Part shown: one piece after another, positions 60,000 through 64,000 of the stretch
Position numbering within the stretch: the first letter of the stretch is position 1
How the letters are laid out: the number at the start of each line of letters is the position of its first letter
Assembly (NCBI GenBank): GCA_963662545.2
Contig: CAXXLL010000002.1
Span: 2,432,001-2,496,000 of the forward strand
Length of the DNA: 64,000 nucleotides
Source: Gammaproteobacteria bacterium
Lineage (GTDB): Bacteria; Pseudomonadota; Gammaproteobacteria; Ga0077536
Direction of reading: 5' to 3'
Program-made: the position numbers and the translations under genes
The notes under the pieces: generated by a model
The model's input: the letters and a program-made list of their open reading frames with translations, nothing else
Database searches by the model: none
What the model was told of the DNA's origin: nothing

Positions 60000-61178
60000 A
60001 TGGCCACCCCAAGCAAGCTCGCAATAGCTGCCAACGTCGATACCAACGGCGCGATCGATGCCGACGGACATGTACTCGAGCCGCTCGATTCACTCGCGGA
60101 TTATCTCGAGGACAAATACAAAGACCGCGCGCTCAAATTGACCGTGGGCGACGATGGTCTGGAATATTTTTTGTGGGACAACAAAATTTCCCGCTTGTGT
60201 TTTGGCGGTTTTGCCGGCGTGCTGGGCGCCATGGGCGATCCGGACATCCTGCCCTCACCGGAGCGGAACTACGCGCGGGGCTGCCCGCTGGCATCCTACG
60301 ATGCCGCCGCGCGCGTCGAGCGCCTCGACGGCGAGGGCCTGTCAAAGGCGATCCTCTACCCGACGCTCGGCCTCTTGTGGGAAGCGGAAATCGAAGATCC
60401 GGCACTGGCCGCGGCGTACTGCCGATCGTACAACCGCTGGATCGTAGACCTGTGCGGCGAGGCGCCCGGCCGGCTCTATCCGATCGCCCACATTTCGCTG
60501 TCGGATGTCGACCTCGCCGTCGCGGAACTCGAACGCGCTGTCAAAGTTGGCTGCCGGGGTGCGATGGTCGCACCCTACACCTGGACGCGCAAAGCGCACG
60601 GCCATCCCTACTACGATGCGTTCTGGGCCAAGGCCCAGGAGCTCGACGTGCCGGTCGGCCTACACCCATCATTCGAGCCCACCCGTTTCTCTCACCACCA
60701 GCGTTTCGATGAACTCAAGCAAGCGGAGCCGCTCGATTTCAGTTTTTACTTCGACGTCCTGGTCGTGCATTCCATGCAGCAAGCCTTCGTATCGCTGTTC
60801 AACTACGGCGTGTTCGAGAAGTTTCCCAAGCTCAAGGTGGTGGTGCTCGAATCTCAGGCCGGCTGGATCGGTTATCTGCTCGATCGCATGGATGCCGTGT
60901 GGGACGGACCGCTCGCGGCAACCACCGAGCTAAAAGAAAAGCCGAGCTTTTACTTTCAGCGGCAGTGCTGGATTTCTGCCGATCCGGACGAACGCGCGCT
61001 GACGCACTTGATCGAATACGTCGGGGCGGACAAGTTCTTCTGGGCAAGTGATTTTCCACACCCCGATCACACCGATGACTATATCGATACGCTCAAGGGG
61101 CTGCTGGCGCCGCTCTCGGTCAAGACACAAAATAAAGTGATGAGCGAAAACGTCGCCCGCGTTTACAAGCTGAACTGA
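60000..61178 (+). CDS. Amidohydrolase_2 family protein
   Basis: IDADGHVLEP, LYPT, YNRW, LHP, WASDFPHPD. Confidence 0.9.
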   Translation: MATPSKLAIAANVDTNGAIDADGHVLEPLDSLADYLEDKYKDRALKLTVGDDGLEYFLWDNKISRLCFGGFAGVLGAMGDPDILPSPERNYARGCPLASYDAAARVERLDGEGLSKAILYPTLGLLWEAEIEDPALAAAYCRSYNRWIVDLCGEAPGRLYPIAHISLSDVDLAVAELERAVKVGCRGAMVAPYTWTRKAHGHPYYDAFWAKAQELDVPVGLHPSFEPTRFSHHQRFDELKQAEPLDFSFYFDVLVVHSMQQAFVSLFNYGVFEKFPKLKVVVLESQAGWIGYLLDRMDAVWDGPLAATTELKEKPSFYFQRQCWISADPDERALTHLIEYVGADKFFWASDFPHPDHTDDYIDTLKGLLAPLSVKTQNKVMSENVARVYKLN

Positions 61179-61240
61179 GAGGGAACCAGCGGCGCAAGCG
61201 GGGCCGTTACGGGTTTACTCGCATTAGTCACAGGAGCTCC

Positions 61241-61261
61241 GTAGGAGCCCGCTCGCGGGCG
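61241..61261 (+). repeat. GTAG-type REP-like element
   Basis: GTAGGA followed by palindrome GCCCGC-TC-GCGGGC. Confidence 0.55.
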
Positions 61262-61348
61262 CATCTAGAACCCGCATCAAATATTATCTGCATGTGCGGA
61301 TAACTTTGCGGTAGGTTCCTTAAATCGCATGATAAATTGCCCCAACTC

Positions 61349-62479
61349 ATGATTCGATTTAATCCCTTCATGTACTGTACCGTCGGGCGCCGCGCCGAGC
61401 TCGAGCGTGGCATGGCCGGCAAAGACCCGCTGCTGTATCAGCGCATGCTGGACGAAATTGCGGAGTACGTTGCCTACGCCGATGAAGTCGGCTACGCAGG
61501 ATGGGGTCATCCCGAACACCATCTGCAGATCGAGGGTTTCGAAGCATCCAACGACCCGACCCTGATGGGGATGTGGATCGGCATGCACAGCAAGCGGCTG
61601 CGCGTCATCACCTGCGGATTCGTGTCTACCGTGCACAACCCTTTGCGCACGGCCGAAGCGATCTCGACGATGGACAATATGCTCAAGGGTCGTTTCGGCG
61701 TGGGCCTCGTGCGGGGTTACCAAGCCCGCTGGGTCGAGAACTTCAAGGTCAAAGACGAACTCGGCCCAGTCGGTCCGTGGAACAAAAACGAGCCCATGGA
61801 CCTCGCTAATCGCGAATACTTTGCCGAGTACGTCGACCTCGTCGTCAAAGCGCTGACCGAAGATACCTTCAGCTACCAGGGCAAGTACTGGCAGCTGCCG
61901 GCCCCAGGTCTCAAGAATCCGCACGAACACACGGTCTATACGCGTTTTGGCCAGGGGGTCGACGAGGACATGAGCATCCGCGAGGTCGGCATCGCGCCGC
62001 GCCCGTTCCAGACGCCCCATCCGCCTCTGTACGGCGGCTTTTCAGCTTCGCTGCGGACCGCGCGATTCTGGGCCAAGTACGGCGGCAAGCCCATCGTGAT
62101 GTCCTCGAATCTCGAATTCCTTCAGACCTTGTGGGCCGCGTACCGCGAAGAGGCGGCACTTCACGAGCGTGAGGTCGCGCCGGGCGACGAGGCGGCCTGG
62201 GGCGGTCTGATGATCTGCGCCAAGTCGGACAATGAAGCCCAGGAACTGGCCGAGGACATGAAGTGGATGTGGGAAAACTGGGCGATACCCTTTGGTCAGC
62301 CGTTCCCCGAACTCCTGTTCGGCTCGCCCGACACCTTGTGTCGCCGCATCGAGGAAGGTGCGAAGGCGGTGCCGATCAACGAAATGTTCCTGATCATCCC
62401 GCAGGGCATTCACGATCGAGATCAGATCCTGCGTTCACTCGAACTGTTTGGAGAAAAGGTGATCCCCAAGTTCAATTGA
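61349..62479 (+). CDS. LLM-class flavin-dependent oxidoreductase
   Basis: PEHH, HNPLRTAE, GRFGVGLVRGYQ, PRPFQTPHPP, SLELFGEKVIP. Confidence 0.9.
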   Translation: MIRFNPFMYCTVGRRAELERGMAGKDPLLYQRMLDEIAEYVAYADEVGYAGWGHPEHHLQIEGFEASNDPTLMGMWIGMHSKRLRVITCGFVSTVHNPLRTAEAISTMDNMLKGRFGVGLVRGYQARWVENFKVKDELGPVGPWNKNEPMDLANREYFAEYVDLVVKALTEDTFSYQGKYWQLPAPGLKNPHEHTVYTRFGQGVDEDMSIREVGIAPRPFQTPHPPLYGGFSASLRTARFWAKYGGKPIVMSSNLEFLQTLWAAYREEAALHEREVAPGDEAAWGGLMICAKSDNEAQELAEDMKWMWENWAIPFGQPFPELLFGSPDTLCRRIEEGAKAVPINEMFLIIPQGIHDRDQILRSLELFGEKVIPKFN

Positions 62480-62686
62480 AGCCGCTGACGTCCGGGCACC
62501 GCTTAGAGGATGAGCGATATTACGCTCGACGATTCGAAAGCGATTCTTTACCGTCTGTAGCACGAAGACATTTTCCACCATCCTGTTAGACTCCCCTGCA
62601 GTTTAGCGCCACGAGCAGTTCGTCGGCCGTCACCAGGCGCGCCACGTGGCGGCGCATGTGTCCTGGCCCGGTGTAGGAGCGTATTC

Positions 62687-64000
62687 ATGGACGCATCTTG
62701 GGATCGACTCATTCGGGGCGCCATGGTGTTTGACGGTAGCGGCCGGCAACCCGAAATCGAAGACGTCGCGATAGCGAATGGGCGCATCGCCGCTCGCGGC
62801 CCGGATCTCGACCCATCGAGAGCGCGAGAAGTTGAAAACGCCGTGGGTAAATGGCTCATGCCGGGCCTACTCGACATCCACACCCATATGGATCTCGAAG
62901 TCGAACTCGATGCGGGCCTGTCCGAAGTTGTACGCCACGGAACGACCACCGTCGTGGTCGGTAACTGCAGCATCGGTACGGCGTTCAGGGCGCAACGGCA
63001 TAATGGTGAAGATCCTATTCTCGACTGTTTCGCGCGGGTCGAAAACGTTTCGAAAGGCGTACTCAGGCGCGTCGTCGAAGCGATGGACTGGCAGGGTACG
63101 GCCGACTACCTGAAGCACCTCGACGGACTCGCGCTCGGCCCGAATATCGCACCCCTGGTGCCGCATTCAATGCTTCGCATCGAGGTGATGGGAACACAGG
63201 CGGCCATCGAGCGTGACCCGACGGAAGACGAACTCGCGCGCATGGAAAGCTTGCTTGATGCGGCAATGGAACAAGGTTATATCGGATTTTCGACCGACAA
63301 TATTCCGTTTCATTACCTGGCGAACGAACCTAACACACACTCCAAAATTCCGTCACATTTCGCCTCCCGCACGGAACAGCGCCGCTTGCTCGACATCGTA
63401 CGAACATACGACCGCGTGTGGCAGGTCACACCGGACGCGCTCAGCCGCCTCGGTACGCTCAAGCGCTTCTTCTATACGAGCGGACGCCTATTCGGCAAAC
63501 CTCTCAGAACCACAGCGCTCACCGCGATTGACCTGACCCACGACCGCGGGGTCTGGAAGGTTTTTCTCCAACTCGCGCGCTTGCTGAACTCCTGGCTGCT
63601 GCAAGGCCATTTCCATTTCCAGGTGTTGTCGACCCCGTTCTTGCTGTGGTCGGAAGGCGCGGTGTCACCGATCTTCGAGGAGTTTGAAACGATGCGCCCC
63701 CTGCTCGCAGTCGACGTAGACGACCGCGAAGGGCGCCGCCGCATTCTCGACAATGAGGATTACACCCGGCGCTTCGAGAAAGACTGGTACGACAAGTGCA
63801 TTGTCTCGACCTTTCAGCGAAACATGGATGTGATGTTTATCGATGAATGTCCCGTGCCCGAATGGTGCGGAGGTAACGGCGGCGACGTTTTTCGCCGCCT
63901 CCGCGATTATCATAGCGGCAACGCAAACGCCGCGCGCAGCGATACCGAGCGCGAAGCCTTCGATGCCGCGCCTAACCCGGTTTCTGAACCGGGTTTCTTC
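62687..64000 (+). CDS. N-acyl-D-amino-acid deacylase family amidohydrolase (runs off window end)
   Basis: AGGAG RBS; manual translation MDASWDRLIRGAMVFDGSG...PGLLDIHTHMD...RHGTTTVVVGNCS. Confidence 0.85.
   Translation, partial: MDASWDRLIRGAMVFDGSGRQPEIEDVAIANGRIAARGPDLDPSRAREVENAVGKWLMPGLLDIHTHMDLEVELDAGLSEVVRHGTTTVVVGNCSIGTAFRAQRHNGEDPILDCFARVENVSKGVLRRVVEAMDWQGTADYLKHLDGLALGPNIAPLVPHSMLRIEVMGTQAAIERDPTEDELARMESLLDAAMEQGYIGFSTDNIPFHYLANEPNTHSKIPSHFASRTEQRRLLDIVRTYDRVWQVTPDALSRLGTLKRFFYTSGRLFGKPLRTTALTAIDLTHDRGVWKVFLQLARLLNSWLLQGHFHFQVLSTPFLLWSEGAVSPIFEEFETMRPLLAVDVDDREGRRRILDNEDYTRRFEKDWYDKCIVSTFQRNMDVMFIDECPVPEWCGGNGGDVFRRLRDYHSGNANAARSDTEREAFDAAPNPVSEPGFF

Overview
GC-rich (roughly 60%) gammaproteobacterial chromosome, mostly housekeeping: hldE, dsbC, xerD, rpsP-rimM-trmD-rplS, tRNA-fMet-rimP-nusA-infB-rbfA-truB-rpsO-pnp, mrcB, adk, pcm-nlpD-rpoS, argD-argF, grxD, dnaQ-rnhA, mltD, aas, nfi, apt and egtB. 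Accessory modules: a Ser/Thr kinase-cNMP gene with an orphan GspE-type ATPase, the AmmeMemoRadiSam trio, a pentapeptide/FliK/FlhB-C module, a DUF547/ArsM/DedA-oxidoreductase cluster and a catabolic cluster at the right end. Intergenic space carries three MITE-like families. Family A has nine ~162-bp copies, usually with YTAR-like flanks and often at stop codons; one copy is split by an IS4 element. Family B is a five-hairpin element whose stem mismatches are all G.U. Family C is a 258-bp CTAG-flanked element. Two coding anomalies stand out: a histone-like gene ending in A_AAA_AAG-TAG with an open 67-codon -1 frame, and an RpoS with a frameshifted (AKVK)n N-terminal tail. Both, and duplications in amrS and truB, could be assembly errors. 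All calls come from motif recognition by eye; no searches were run.
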